The notes: a model not told the origin generated them from the sequence alone. Numbered from the stretch's first letter, positions 49,301-57,972 are shown. The stretch: DNA of 64,000 bases from an uncultured Desulfobacteraceae bacterium (GCA_964627015.1 CAZVGY010000002.1:36554-100553); one strand, 5' to 3'. A program made the numbers and translations.

Positions 49301-49703
49301 AAAACAGGATAGGTTTGCCTCCATCCGGTGTCAGGACCGGGCAGACTTCTAGGCAGCGGCCACAAAGGATACATCGATTCAGATCTATAAATGTAGGCAT
49401 CCCTTGCACCCTAGCTCTGAAACCCTGGGGCGTATGCCTTATAGATGTGACATCAGCGGGCATTATGCAACGGATAAGAGGGTTGTGAAATATTCTTAGT
49501 AGTCCAGACTTATGCGCGAAGTTAAAGTGGATACCAGAGGGTAGTTTCCATTGTTCTCTGGAAAGTTTTTGATTCAGGTCAGGATCCCGATCAACCAGTG
49601 TGACAGGGATCCCCAGTTCACCCAGCTTGTTGGTTGCAGCAATTCCAGCGGGAGTGGCACCGATTACGATCACTTTGTGCAGGCGGTCTTTAGAGCGTTT
49701 CAT
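46344..49703 (-). CDS. Giant HdrL-like flavo-iron-sulfur protein (GltD-like NAD(P)H module + HdrA-like modules + ferredoxin domains)
   Basis: 1119 aa with dinucleotide motifs VIGATPAG, VIGSGPAGLAAAGDLA and VIGDGNAAFDLA. The GltD-like region is CPLGVNVQAY...ICGRVCTHPCEEVC. The HdrA N-domain-like region is RIGVFICRCNDSMGW...VVLASCVCC. The terminal region is CRGCGRCIQVC / CKGCGNCISVCP. The ATG lies 2 nt after the korG stop. Confidence 0.8.
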   Translation of the reverse strand: MKRSKDRLHKVIVIGATPAGIAATNKLGELGIPVTLVDRDPDLNQKLSREQWKLPSGIHFNFAHKSGLLRIFHNPLIRCIMPADVTSIRHTPQGFRARVQGMPTFIDLNRCILCGRCLEVCPVLTPDGGKPILFYDRRSLPGRPVIDKRRTPPCQSNCPLGVNVQAYVALTRAGRFHEALETVRRDNILPGICGRVCTHPCEEVCRRGELDEAIAIKDIKRFLADFELSHPHNSKEVKTPQKTEKIAVIGSGPAGLAAAGDLARLGYMVTVFEKEAMTGGLLRYGIGPHRLPREILDHELDYIRVIGVQFITSRKINIMEDLERLKKEFDAVLLTVGIWTDRKMGIQGEDLEGVEGCLSFLTSLYHEKPLKIKQNVAVIGDGNAAFDLARVLKRLGASVTILSWFPEDLIPADKEEIRGAREEGITVKDRTQVISFSGQNGKLDHLRCKPTKPGEPDSNGIPWPVLIPGSESFELKFERAIVAIGQAGFSKKEGHRDRISLTPRGFIKVNKEFYTGISGVYAAGDAVSGPSSVVEAMATGRAAAASIHEYICGEDIFSTLPSRPEDKDYPPIPGDIPSLARPTMPERQPSSRIDNFSEVALGLSQTQVLLEAERCLQCGICSECNLCVEACQPIGAINHSEQPLESKEHAGVVIIADPDAAPQIKGEDVIRAYGPKVAKPDVYGMVIRGFSAAAKSMILLGGTSQLPKGRGVSFSPPDPELSPEIRIGVFICRCNDSMGWLKELDNYVEQLLENGDIVHAETIPSACIPEGSAGIVRTVREKGITRVVLASCVCCPLDFVCSACTDQRSRLKTALFTGTGVSRSMVETCNLRGEVLQYLRHDPACVVSRFEGLIERSIRRARRLRALPAPARTYNFTTAVIGDSEAASVSALTLAQAGIEVLKFGSKGKKTPGDLSHSNIYYFEDTSVRGISGTLGDFQVFVESNGFSQALQVGSVILGEKSRRLIPYISQEGLPTSFIASSMQKHGVAGIPFLYPGATPISGLFVANPSGIKVSERKKGAAAAVLAAAIMPRGPRQSKGYTVVIDENRCRGCGRCIQVCHYQAITLRKNSVGGWYAVVDEALCKGCGNCISVCPSNAADSPYRDQAYLERILEEVLGG

Positions 49704-49705
49704 TC

Positions 49706-50302
49706 TCAGGCTCCTGTCATACCTTTGGCTTTCTTGTTCCGCCCTTTTAGTACCGCCAGTCCATAGTCGTAGCCCTTGTCAAATGCCGTTATATTCATTT
49801 TTTCGGTGCCTTTGGGTACCGATGCGGCCACGGAATCACGTAATGCTTTAACCGATACAGCTCCGGTGGCCGAGGTGAAAAAGCCTAGCATAATGATATT
49901 GGCCATCATCGTCCTTCCCAACTCCTCAGCCATCCGCGTCGAGGGGATGGAGTAAAAATCAGTGTCTATTCCTGCAGGTTTGACCAGATCCTGATCGATC
50001 AGTAGCACACCATCTCTTTTTAACTGACCTATGAACTTATCAAAACCTGCCTGGGACATGCATACAAGTATATCTGGGTATCTAACATTGGGATAATGAA
50101 TCTGCCTGTCGGAGATTATTACTTGTGCACTGCAAGCTCCACCCCGTGCCTCAGGACCGTAGGCTTGGACAAGGGTGCTTTGCCTGTGGTCGCCCAGGAC
50201 GACAGCTTTTCCCAGGATCCGCCCTGCCAGCACTATTCCCTGCCCCCCGAACCCGGTTAAAATAATTTCTTGCCTTACAGTTTCTTCTTTTTGCTCAGTC
50301 AT
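49706..50302 (-). CDS. korG: 2-oxoacid:ferredoxin oxidoreductase gamma subunit
   Basis: ILTGFGGQGIVLAGRILG opening typical of POR/KOR gamma subunits. The kor (2-oxoglutarate) assignment rests on the delta-alpha-beta-gamma gene order, as in OorDABC, and substrate is unproven. Confidence 0.8.
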   Translation of the reverse strand: MTEQKEETVRQEIILTGFGGQGIVLAGRILGKAVVLGDHRQSTLVQAYGPEARGGACSAQVIISDRQIHYPNVRYPDILVCMSQAGFDKFIGQLKRDGVLLIDQDLVKPAGIDTDFYSIPSTRMAEELGRTMMANIIMLGFFTSATGAVSVKALRDSVAASVPKGTEKMNITAFDKGYDYGLAVLKGRNKKAKGMTGA

Positions 50303-50347
50303 GTATCCCCTGCAAAAATATACGTTATGGGGTTTTGAGGTTTTAAG

Positions 50348-51223
50348 CTAGGCCTTAGCAGCCTTGTATTCGTTTAGCTGTTCTTCGTGCCGGTAAATTT
50401 TATCATACGTGTCTATCCATGTAGGCCGGTCAATGTCGACAAATTTTCCGAGAATTATCGCCCTTTCGAAGTCGATATCGAGCTCCAGTGGATGGGCTTC
50501 GTTTTTTATTATGGTTTTTTCCTGGTAGATTTTAAGAGTGTCGATCGGTTTTTCTCTATTACGGCGCCCATAGTTAACAGGACAAGGAGCCAGGACTTCA
50601 ACGAAGGAAAATCCCCTCTTCACTATAGCCTCTTCAATAGATTCGGTGAGATCACGAGCGTGTAAAATGGTCCACCTTGCTACATAGGTGGCACCTGATG
50701 CGTATGCCAGCAGAGGGAGGTTAAAAGGGGATTCAGGATTTCCTGAAGGAGTGGTAGTCGTCCTGGCATTATAGGGAGTAGTGGCAGCAACTTGTCCGCC
50801 AGTCATGCCATAGTTAAAGTTATTGACACAAACGATTGTAAGGTCTACGTTCCTGCGTGCTGCATGTATGAAGTGGTTTCCACCAATAGCAAAGAGATCT
50901 CCATCCCCACTAAAAACGATTACATTCAATTCTGGATTTGCAAGCTTCATCCCTGTCGCGAATGGGATGGCCCTTCCGTGCGTAGTATGATAGGAATCCA
51001 GGTTTACGTATCCTGCACCCCGTCCGGTACATCCGATCCCTGAAACCATTACGGTTTTTTTCAAATCAATTCCGCTTTCTTTCATGGCGATCAGACATGA
51101 AGAAAATGCTGTGCCGATGCCACAACCCGGACACCATATGTGCGGGATACGATCAGTTCGCAGGAGACCGTCAAGAGGGTGGATCTGCTGTTTGTCGGTT
51201 TGCTTCATGACTTCCCTGATCAT
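50348..51223 (-). CDS. korB: 2-oxoacid:ferredoxin oxidoreductase beta subunit (TPP-binding)
   Basis: WCPGCG, the GIGC motif, the GDGD...N TPP motif (SGDGDLFAIGGNH), and NNFNYGMTGGQ. Confidence 0.9.
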   Translation of the reverse strand: MIREVMKQTDKQQIHPLDGLLRTDRIPHIWCPGCGIGTAFSSCLIAMKESGIDLKKTVMVSGIGCTGRGAGYVNLDSYHTTHGRAIPFATGMKLANPELNVIVFSGDGDLFAIGGNHFIHAARRNVDLTIVCVNNFNYGMTGGQVAATTPYNARTTTTPSGNPESPFNLPLLAYASGATYVARWTILHARDLTESIEEAIVKRGFSFVEVLAPCPVNYGRRNREKPIDTLKIYQEKTIIKNEAHPLELDIDFERAIILGKFVDIDRPTWIDTYDKIYRHEEQLNEYKAAKA

Positions 51224-52407
51224 CCAAAAGCATTTTTAAGGGTTTCGATTACACGCTCCGGTGGGATGATGGCGCCTCCAGAGTGTCCTACTAGAATAGA
51301 TGGAACCTTGCTGCCTGTGCATCTTTCAACTTCTTTATGTATCTGACCCAGGTTTATTTCTACAGTCACAAAGCCCTTTACTCTATCGGCAAGTGCTTTG
51401 ATCTCATCTTCAGGAAAGGGCCAAACCGTAATCAACCTTAGCAGACCGGCCTTTATACCTTGCTCTCGGGCCTCATCCACCGCGGCTAGACTTGTTCTGG
51501 AAGACACACCGTAGGAAACGATCACGATTTCTGCATCATCCAGTCTGTAGTGTTCCGTCTGTAGGATATGAGGAAGATTTTGCCGGATTTTTTGTACCAG
51601 CCTGGTCATCATCTGTTCCTGGGCTTCTACAGTCATAACCGGGTAGCCCTTTTCATCATGGGTAAGTCCGGTGACATGTATATTATACCCCTCACCGGCA
51701 ATGGCCATGGGCGCAACTCCATTTGGTCCTGGCTGAAAAGGTTTGAACCGGTCTCTTCTACCTTTTGGTTTAGGTCTTGATACCGTGTGGATAGCTTTTG
51801 AATCCGGTATGATAACTCTTTCACTGAGGTGCCCGATCATCTCATCGGTCATTATCATTACTGGCACGCGATAGGTCTCGCTGAGGTTGAAGGCCTCGAT
51901 CGTTTGGTAAAAAATTTCCTGAGGAGATGCTGGTGCAAGGGCTATGATTTCATAGTCCCCGTGTGATCCCCATTTGGCCTGCATTATGTCGCCTTGCGCT
52001 CCTTGGGTGGGAAGGCCCGTAGAAGGGCCGGCTCTTTGAACGTTTACAATTACACAAGGAGTCTCGGTGCAGATGGCCAGGCCTATATTTTCCATCATGA
52101 GGCTGAACCCTGGTCCTGAGGTTGCCGTCATGCTTTTGAGTCCGGCACACGAGGCACCGATTACCGAGGCGATTGCACCGATTTCGTCCTCCATCTGTAT
52201 AAAAGTTCCGCCTACTTCAGGCAGGTGGGCGGATATATGCTCAGCCACCTCCGTTGCAGGCGTTATTGGGTATCCGCCGAAGAATAGGCATCCTGCAGCG
52301 AGGGCGCCTTCGGCACAGGCCACGTCCCCTGTCATAAAATGTTCACCAGTCAGAACTGCTGGTCTCATGCTGTGTCTTTCTCCGAATACCAGTTCATGCC
52401 GGACCAT
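51220..52407 (-). CDS. korA: 2-oxoacid:ferredoxin oxidoreductase alpha subunit
   Basis: FMTGDVACAEGALAAGCLFFGGYPITPATE and TATSGPGFSLM. An alternative start is ATG 52368 (GGAGAA upstream). Confidence 0.9.
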   Translation of the reverse strand: MVRHELVFGERHSMRPAVLTGEHFMTGDVACAEGALAAGCLFFGGYPITPATEVAEHISAHLPEVGGTFIQMEDEIGAIASVIGASCAGLKSMTATSGPGFSLMMENIGLAICTETPCVIVNVQRAGPSTGLPTQGAQGDIMQAKWGSHGDYEIIALAPASPQEIFYQTIEAFNLSETYRVPVMIMTDEMIGHLSERVIIPDSKAIHTVSRPKPKGRRDRFKPFQPGPNGVAPMAIAGEGYNIHVTGLTHDEKGYPVMTVEAQEQMMTRLVQKIRQNLPHILQTEHYRLDDAEIVIVSYGVSSRTSLAAVDEAREQGIKAGLLRLITVWPFPEDEIKALADRVKGFVTVEINLGQIHKEVERCTGSKVPSILVGHSGGAIIPPERVIETLKNAFG

Positions 52408-52481
52408 TCCTTACTGGAAGGGCCAGGGCGCTTGAATTCATTTGTTTTTAGTATTCTTTGTTAAAAAGTGTGTGATAGGTG

Positions 52482-52766
52482 TTAGCCTGGAGAAGCCTCC
52501 ACCGAGTAAATGGCAAATTCCGGGCATAGAATTTCACAGTAATGGCAGTTGACGCAGTCAGCAGGATTTTTGACGATGGGGGGATGATAACCCTTTTGAT
52601 TGAAACGGGTAGAAAATTCAAGGACCCCTTTAGGGCAAAAATCTATACAATAGCCGCATCCTTTGCACCGATCCTCAATAATATGTACCTCGCCGAGGGA
52701 AACAGCGATTTGATCCGCATCAAGTGGAATCCGCCAGAATTTCATATGGCTTTCCTGTTTATCCAT
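52482..52766 (-). CDS. korD: 2-oxoacid:ferredoxin oxidoreductase delta subunit (2x[4Fe-4S] ferredoxin)
   Basis: CKGCGYCIDFCP and CVNCHYCEILCP. It is the first gene of the minus-strand cluster. Confidence 0.85.
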   Translation of the reverse strand: MDKQESHMKFWRIPLDADQIAVSLGEVHIIEDRCKGCGYCIDFCPKGVLEFSTRFNQKGYHPPIVKNPADCVNCHYCEILCPEFAIYSVEASPG

Positions 52767-53078
52767 CCGAAATTGTTTGTCTGTTTGAAGAATAGGGATA
52801 TACTTTTACCTTTATGCATGTCAAGTGTAAAGTTGTAGTTAGGTTTGCTAGTTAAGGAGATGGTCTTCAAAAATTCCTGGGGGTATGTCCAAAATAATAG
52901 GGTCCGATATAGCCAGGTGGGCGGCTTTTGCTTATTTAAGGAAGTCTCTCTTCCATAAAAGAAACAGATCCCTTCTTTTTTATTAGTCGATTTGCCTGAA
53001 CCCCTCTTTTTTTTAAGGCGGTTTCTAAGAAGGCGCCTGGATAGAACCCTTACCTGGAATTTAAAAGTGTTTATTCAC

Positions 53079-53216
53079 CTCAGCAAAAGGGCCTTCTGTT
53101 CGCCTTGGTGGCACCGGGTTTTAATTTCCCATATAGGACTTTCGGCTTTAAAAAGAGAGTTATGAACAGTCGTCAAGGTTTGTTTTGAGGATTAGCTCCT
53201 AGCTTCCAGTCCCCTC
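53079..53216 (+). repeat. Y 3'-end remnant plus X repeat copy C
   Basis: cctcagcaaaagggccttctgttcgccttggtggcaccgggttttaatttcccatataggactttcggctttaaaaagagagttatgaacagtcgtcaaggtttgttttgaggattagctcctagcttccagtcccctc aligns with the last ~35 nt of Y copy B (its 3' arm) plus X copy B. Confidence 0.7.
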
Positions 53217-53381
53217 TCTAATATGTTTATACTTTATCAGAGAGAAGGGCCTTGCTTGAGGGTTGGGTGGATCCAAAGAGAAGTGAAGTTTTGGTTCTTG
53301 ATTACTTGGGGTTTTTTATCTATACTGAACAGCTCTAAACTTAAAAACCTGTTGAACTTCGACCAGTTATGGGGGTGAAGA

Positions 53382-54023
53382 TTGTTTATAACCTTTGAGG
53401 GTATAGAAGGGTGCGGTAAATCCAGTCAAGCGAAGCGGCTTGCCGATCGGCTGAAACAGATTGGGGTACCTCTTCTCCTGACACTCGAACCAGGGGGGAC
53501 CAAGATAGGGGCAGAAATAAGGAGGCTTCTCCTGGATTCCAAGAATGATGACCTTTCTCCTCTGGCAGAACTTCTGCTGTACGAGGCAGACAGGGCACAG
53601 CATGTGAGTGAAGTCATAGCCCCTGCTCTGGAAAGAGGTAAGTGGGTGCTCTGCGACCGTTTTTTTGACGCAACCACGGTTTACCAGGGATATGGGCGTG
53701 GTCTCGATCTTGGATTTGTCCAGGAGCTTAATGGAAGAGCCTCCTGTGGTATCAGGCCTGACATCACCTTCCTGATAGATTGTCCTGTTCATGTAGGGAT
53801 CAAAAGGGCTTTGGAGAGGAATGAATCGCTTTTGGAAGATGGCCAGGATAGATTCGAAAGAGAAAGGGTGGTTTTTCACGAGGCCGTTCGGCGAGGATAT
53901 CTTGCACTCGCCGTCGAGGAAAGAAGGCGATTTGTTATAACGGACGGCACGCTGACAGAAGAAGATGTAGAAGAACAAATATTTAAACATCTCGCACCAT
54001 ACCTTCCCGTAATGGCGAAATAA
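53382..54023 (+). CDS. tmk: Thymidylate kinase
   Basis: P-loop FITFEGIEGCGKSSQ, DR(F/Y) motif LCDRFFDAT, and a lid region. TTG start. Confidence 0.93.
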   Translation: MFITFEGIEGCGKSSQAKRLADRLKQIGVPLLLTLEPGGTKIGAEIRRLLLDSKNDDLSPLAELLLYEADRAQHVSEVIAPALERGKWVLCDRFFDATTVYQGYGRGLDLGFVQELNGRASCGIRPDITFLIDCPVHVGIKRALERNESLLEDGQDRFERERVVFHEAVRRGYLALAVEERRRFVITDGTLTEEDVEEQIFKHLAPYLPVMAK

Positions 54024-54033
54024 GAGTAGGTCA

Positions 54034-55056
54034 ATGCTGTTTTCCAGTATATTGGGTCAGGAGAGAGCTAAGGGTTTCCTGAGGGGTGTAATTACCAGTG
54101 GAAAAATCTCCCACGCCTATCTTTTTACAGGAATTCCCGGGATTGGGAAAACAAGTACTGCCAAAGCCCTTACAACGGCACTCAATTGTATCGAAACCAT
54201 TAATGGCGACGGGTGTGGTCGTTGTCTGTCCTGTCGGCAGATGATGAGCGGCAATTTCCCGGATTTTATAGAAATCAGGCCGGACGGACAAAATATAAAG
54301 ATAGATCAGATAAGGGAATTGAAAAGGCGACTGAGTTTTGCCTCCGTATCGGGGGGGTACAGGGTTTGTGTTCTTTGTGAGGCGGAGACAATGACCGAGG
54401 AAGCAGCCAACTCCTTTCTGAAGACCTTGGAAGAACCCTTTCCGGGAAATATACTGGTCCTGAACACTATCGAGCCTATGGACCTGCTAACTACAATAGT
54501 ATCGCGCTGTCAGAGGTTGTCTTTCCAGCCTATTCCTGCTCCGGACATAGAAGGATGGCTTCTCAAAAACAGGGGTGTGCAGGCTGAGAGTGCGAAAGTC
54601 CTTGCACGTATCTCAAACGGCAGCCTGGGGCGTGCTATAAAGATGCTCGAAGGGGATATTTTGGAAAAGAGGGAGCTATGGCTTCAGAAGATAATGCAAC
54701 TATCAGCGGTTCCAAGGGAAAAGGCCCTTGAGATCGCCCTTGAATGTACCGGAGAAGGTATGACGTCTCAGGAAAATTTTCCAAATGACAGGGAAGGGCT
54801 GTCAGACATGCTATCCATATGGGAAGGCTGGTATAGAGATCTCCTTCTCTTGTGTGTAGGGGGCTCTAATGATTTGTTGGTCAACATGGATTTTTCTAGT
54901 AAGTTGAAAAATATTTCGCAAAGAGTTAATATAAAAAGTTTAACTGAAAGCATATCAGTTTTAGATCAAGCTCAGAGGGACCTCGGCAGGATGAGAAACA
55001 GGGTATTGGTAATAGAGCATACAGTATTGAGTTTAAATCAACTTGCTAGAGGTTAA
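54034..55056 (+). CDS. holB: DNA polymerase III delta' subunit
   Basis: HAYLFTGIPGIGKTSTA, zinc module CGRCLSCRQMMSGNFPDF, and SRCQRLSF sensor motif. tmk-holB synteny. Confidence 0.9.
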   Translation: MLFSSILGQERAKGFLRGVITSGKISHAYLFTGIPGIGKTSTAKALTTALNCIETINGDGCGRCLSCRQMMSGNFPDFIEIRPDGQNIKIDQIRELKRRLSFASVSGGYRVCVLCEAETMTEEAANSFLKTLEEPFPGNILVLNTIEPMDLLTTIVSRCQRLSFQPIPAPDIEGWLLKNRGVQAESAKVLARISNGSLGRAIKMLEGDILEKRELWLQKIMQLSAVPREKALEIALECTGEGMTSQENFPNDREGLSDMLSIWEGWYRDLLLLCVGGSNDLLVNMDFSSKLKNISQRVNIKSLTESISVLDQAQRDLGRMRNRVLVIEHTVLSLNQLARG

Positions 55057-55145
55057 TTTTCTATACTGATTTTTACTGGTATATTATATCCAGGTGTTTT
55101 ATTCAATACATAAGACATGCGGTTATTGAATCATGAGAGATTACT

Positions 55146-55961
55146 ATGAGTAAAATCGTCGGGGTTCGATTCAAGAACCATGGCAAAATATACGATTTTG
55201 ACTCGGGGCATTTTGTACTCAAAAGAGGCGACAAGGTAATGGTCATAACCAATGAGGGACCTGCCGTGGGTTGTGTTTGTACCGAGCCAAGAAATGTTGA
55301 CACAGAGATATCGAAAAGGGAACTCAAGAAGGTTTTTCGTCTGGCAACGGATGAAGAGATGGGTAAATTTGAGAAGGCCTGTGAGCTTGAGGGGGTCGTT
55401 TACGATTTTTGTTATAGAAGGATAAAAGAAAGGGCCATGCCAATGTGCTTAGTCTCCGTTGATAGACGGTTCGACGGCAGCAAAATTGTAGTTTATTTTA
55501 CAGCGGACGGAAGAGTGGACTTTCGGGAGCTCGTTAAGGACCTAGTCCGAAAATTTAGGACTAGGATAGAAATGAGACAGATCGGTGTCCGGCATCAGGC
55601 CAAGATGGTGGGAGGGCTCGGGACCTGCGGCCGTCCTCTCTGCTGTGCTACTTTTCTTAAAAATTTTGCCCCTGTAACTATAAAGATGGCAAAAGAACAG
55701 AATATATCTTTAAATCCCGGAAAGATTTCAGGCATGTGTGGAAGGCTGATGTGCTGCCTAACATATGAATATACATATTATGAAGGGATAAAAAGGAATT
55801 TCCCGAAGGTCGGCAAGAAGGTCATAACCACAAAGGGAGAGGGGAAGGTAACCAGACAAAATATTTTAAAAGAGAGTATCACGGTCCTGCTTGATAACGG
55901 AGAAGAAATAGAAGTGCCGGCCGACCAGATTGACACTGAGTTCAAAAGGGATAAAAATTAA
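55146..55961 (+). CDS. PSP1-domain protein (RicT/YaaT-like)
   Basis: VGVRFKNHGKIYDFD opening and the Cys cluster CGRPLCCATFL...CGRLMCCLTYE. Usual position after holB. Confidence 0.88.
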   Translation: MSKIVGVRFKNHGKIYDFDSGHFVLKRGDKVMVITNEGPAVGCVCTEPRNVDTEISKRELKKVFRLATDEEMGKFEKACELEGVVYDFCYRRIKERAMPMCLVSVDRRFDGSKIVVYFTADGRVDFRELVKDLVRKFRTRIEMRQIGVRHQAKMVGGLGTCGRPLCCATFLKNFAPVTIKMAKEQNISLNPGKISGMCGRLMCCLTYEYTYYEGIKRNFPKVGKKVITTKGEGKVTRQNILKESITVLLDNGEEIEVPADQIDTEFKRDKN

Positions 55962-55984
55962 AAGAGGAGTAACCACTAAGAGCT

Positions 55985-57892
55985 TTGCCTAAAAATTTTT
56001 ATGTAACAACGCCTATATATTATGTTAATGCCGAACCACATATAGGTCACGCTTACTCGACCATAGTGGCTGATGTTATGAACCGTTTTCATGTTATCTC
56101 AGGTTGTGATACGTTTTTCTTGACCGGGACTGATGAACACGGGGATAAAATAGTTAAGGCATCCGTCAAGGCCGGACAGACACCCAAGGATTATGTGGAT
56201 CGTATAAGCAAGCTGTTTCGAATGCTATGGCCCAAACTGGATATCAGCAATGACTATTTTGTTCGTACGACTGACCCTCAACATCAGGAAACCGTGAGGT
56301 TGATCCTAGATCGAGTAAATGAAAATGGTGATATATATTTCAGCGAATATGAAGGCCTGTACTGTTATGGTTGCGAACGTTTTTACACAGAAAGGGAATT
56401 GGTAGATGGTAAATGCCCTGATCACCTTACTGAACCTGAATTGATTAAGGAATCGAATTATTTTTTCAGGATGAGCAGATACCAGGAATGGTTGATAAAC
56501 CATATACGTTCTCATCCCGATTTTATAAGGCCGCAGAGATATAAGAACGAAGTACTTGCTTTTTTAAAAGAGCCTCTGGAGGATCTTTGTATCTCCAGGC
56601 CTAAATCCAGACTCAATTGGGGAATTACCCTGCCTTTTGATGAAGGGTTTGTAACCTATGTATGGTTCGATGCACTCATTAATTATATCTCAGCGCTTGA
56701 ATATCCGGATGGAGAGCATTTTAGAAAATTCTGGCCATCCGCACAGCATGTTATCGCCAAGGATATTCTGAAACCACATGGTATTTACTGGCCTTGCATG
56801 CTAAAGTCGGCGGGTATTGAGCCGTATCAGCATTTAAACGTACACGGCTACTGGAATGTCAACCAAGGCAAGATGTCCAAGAGTATTGGAAATGTGGTAA
56901 AGCCTCTTCAATTAGTGGATGTTTACGGTCTTGATTGTTTCAGATACTTTCTGATGCGTGAAATGGTATTTGGACTCGATTCGGAGTTCAGTGAAGCCGC
57001 TCTGGTTAACAGAATCAATTCCGATCTGGCTAATGATCTGGGAAATTTGACCAGTAGAAGCCTGGCCATGGCCCAGAAGTATTTTAAAGGAGAACTGCCC
57101 GAACCAGGACAATCAAAAACCGATGATGAAGAGATAAAGGAAAAGGCCCTTAAACTCATCGACAAGTATGAATCATTTATGGTCGAACTGGGTTTTCATA
57201 AGGCCCTCATGGCTGTTTGGGATTTAATCAATAGCGTGAACAAGTATATTGACGAAATGGCGCCATGGGTACTGGCAAAATCTGACAGACAGAGATTGTC
57301 GACGGTGATTTTTCATATAATAGAAACACTCAAAATTATTTCTGTTCTTATATGGCCTTTTATGCCGAATTCAGCGGAGAAAATGCAGGAACAGCTGGGC
57401 TTCGCCAAGAAGGGAGAGGAGTTGAGGCTGCAGGAGATCCGCACCTGGGGAGGCAAAAAGCCGGTGAAGCCGCTTATTAAGGCCCCGGCATTATTCCCCC
57501 GTATTGATATAATTTCTGAGGGAACCAGAGAAAATCAGATCGAGCAGAATAAATCGGCGGAAAAACAACTTCCGTTGATTCCCCTTTCACATTTTAAGGA
57601 TCTGGATCTCAGGATCGGAACTATAAAAGAAGCAAAGGCGATTCCTGGCTCGAAGAAACTGTTAAAGCTTACGGTTGATGGCGGTGAGGAAAGAACTATT
57701 GTGGCAGGTCTGGCAGGTTATTATAATGAAACGGATCTAGTTGGGAAACAGGTCGTGTTTGTAGCAAATTTAGAGCCTGCAAAATTAATGGACGTGGAGT
57801 CTCATGGCATGGTACTGGCGGCTGGAGATGGAGCAGGCTTGCATCTGGTGGTACCCGATGGCGATACTTCCCCAGGTTCTAAAGTTAAATAG
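55985..57892 (+). CDS. metG: Methionine--tRNA ligase with C-terminal tRNA-binding (EMAP/Trbp111-like) domain
   Basis: HIGH motif (AEPHIGHAYS), KMSKS motif, zinc knuckle CYGCERF...CPDH, and C-terminal LDLRIGTIKEAKAIPGSKKLLKLTVD. TTG start with a weak RBS. Confidence 0.95.
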   Translation: MPKNFYVTTPIYYVNAEPHIGHAYSTIVADVMNRFHVISGCDTFFLTGTDEHGDKIVKASVKAGQTPKDYVDRISKLFRMLWPKLDISNDYFVRTTDPQHQETVRLILDRVNENGDIYFSEYEGLYCYGCERFYTERELVDGKCPDHLTEPELIKESNYFFRMSRYQEWLINHIRSHPDFIRPQRYKNEVLAFLKEPLEDLCISRPKSRLNWGITLPFDEGFVTYVWFDALINYISALEYPDGEHFRKFWPSAQHVIAKDILKPHGIYWPCMLKSAGIEPYQHLNVHGYWNVNQGKMSKSIGNVVKPLQLVDVYGLDCFRYFLMREMVFGLDSEFSEAALVNRINSDLANDLGNLTSRSLAMAQKYFKGELPEPGQSKTDDEEIKEKALKLIDKYESFMVELGFHKALMAVWDLINSVNKYIDEMAPWVLAKSDRQRLSTVIFHIIETLKIISVLIWPFMPNSAEKMQEQLGFAKKGEELRLQEIRTWGGKKPVKPLIKAPALFPRIDIISEGTRENQIEQNKSAEKQLPLIPLSHFKDLDLRIGTIKEAKAIPGSKKLLKLTVDGGEERTIVAGLAGYYNETDLVGKQVVFVANLEPAKLMDVESHGMVLAAGDGAGLHLVVPDGDTSPGSKVK

Positions 57893-57935
57893 ATTGTGAA
57901 GTCAGGGAGCTTTTGATTGGATTTCGTGTGTGATT

Positions 57936-57963
57936 GAGGCCGCTTTGTCCGGCCTCTCTTTTG
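57936..57963 (+). terminator. Rho-independent terminator after metG
   Basis: gaggccg-ctttgtc-cggcctc followed by tcttttg. Confidence 0.7.
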
Positions 57964-57972
57964 CATAAATTT

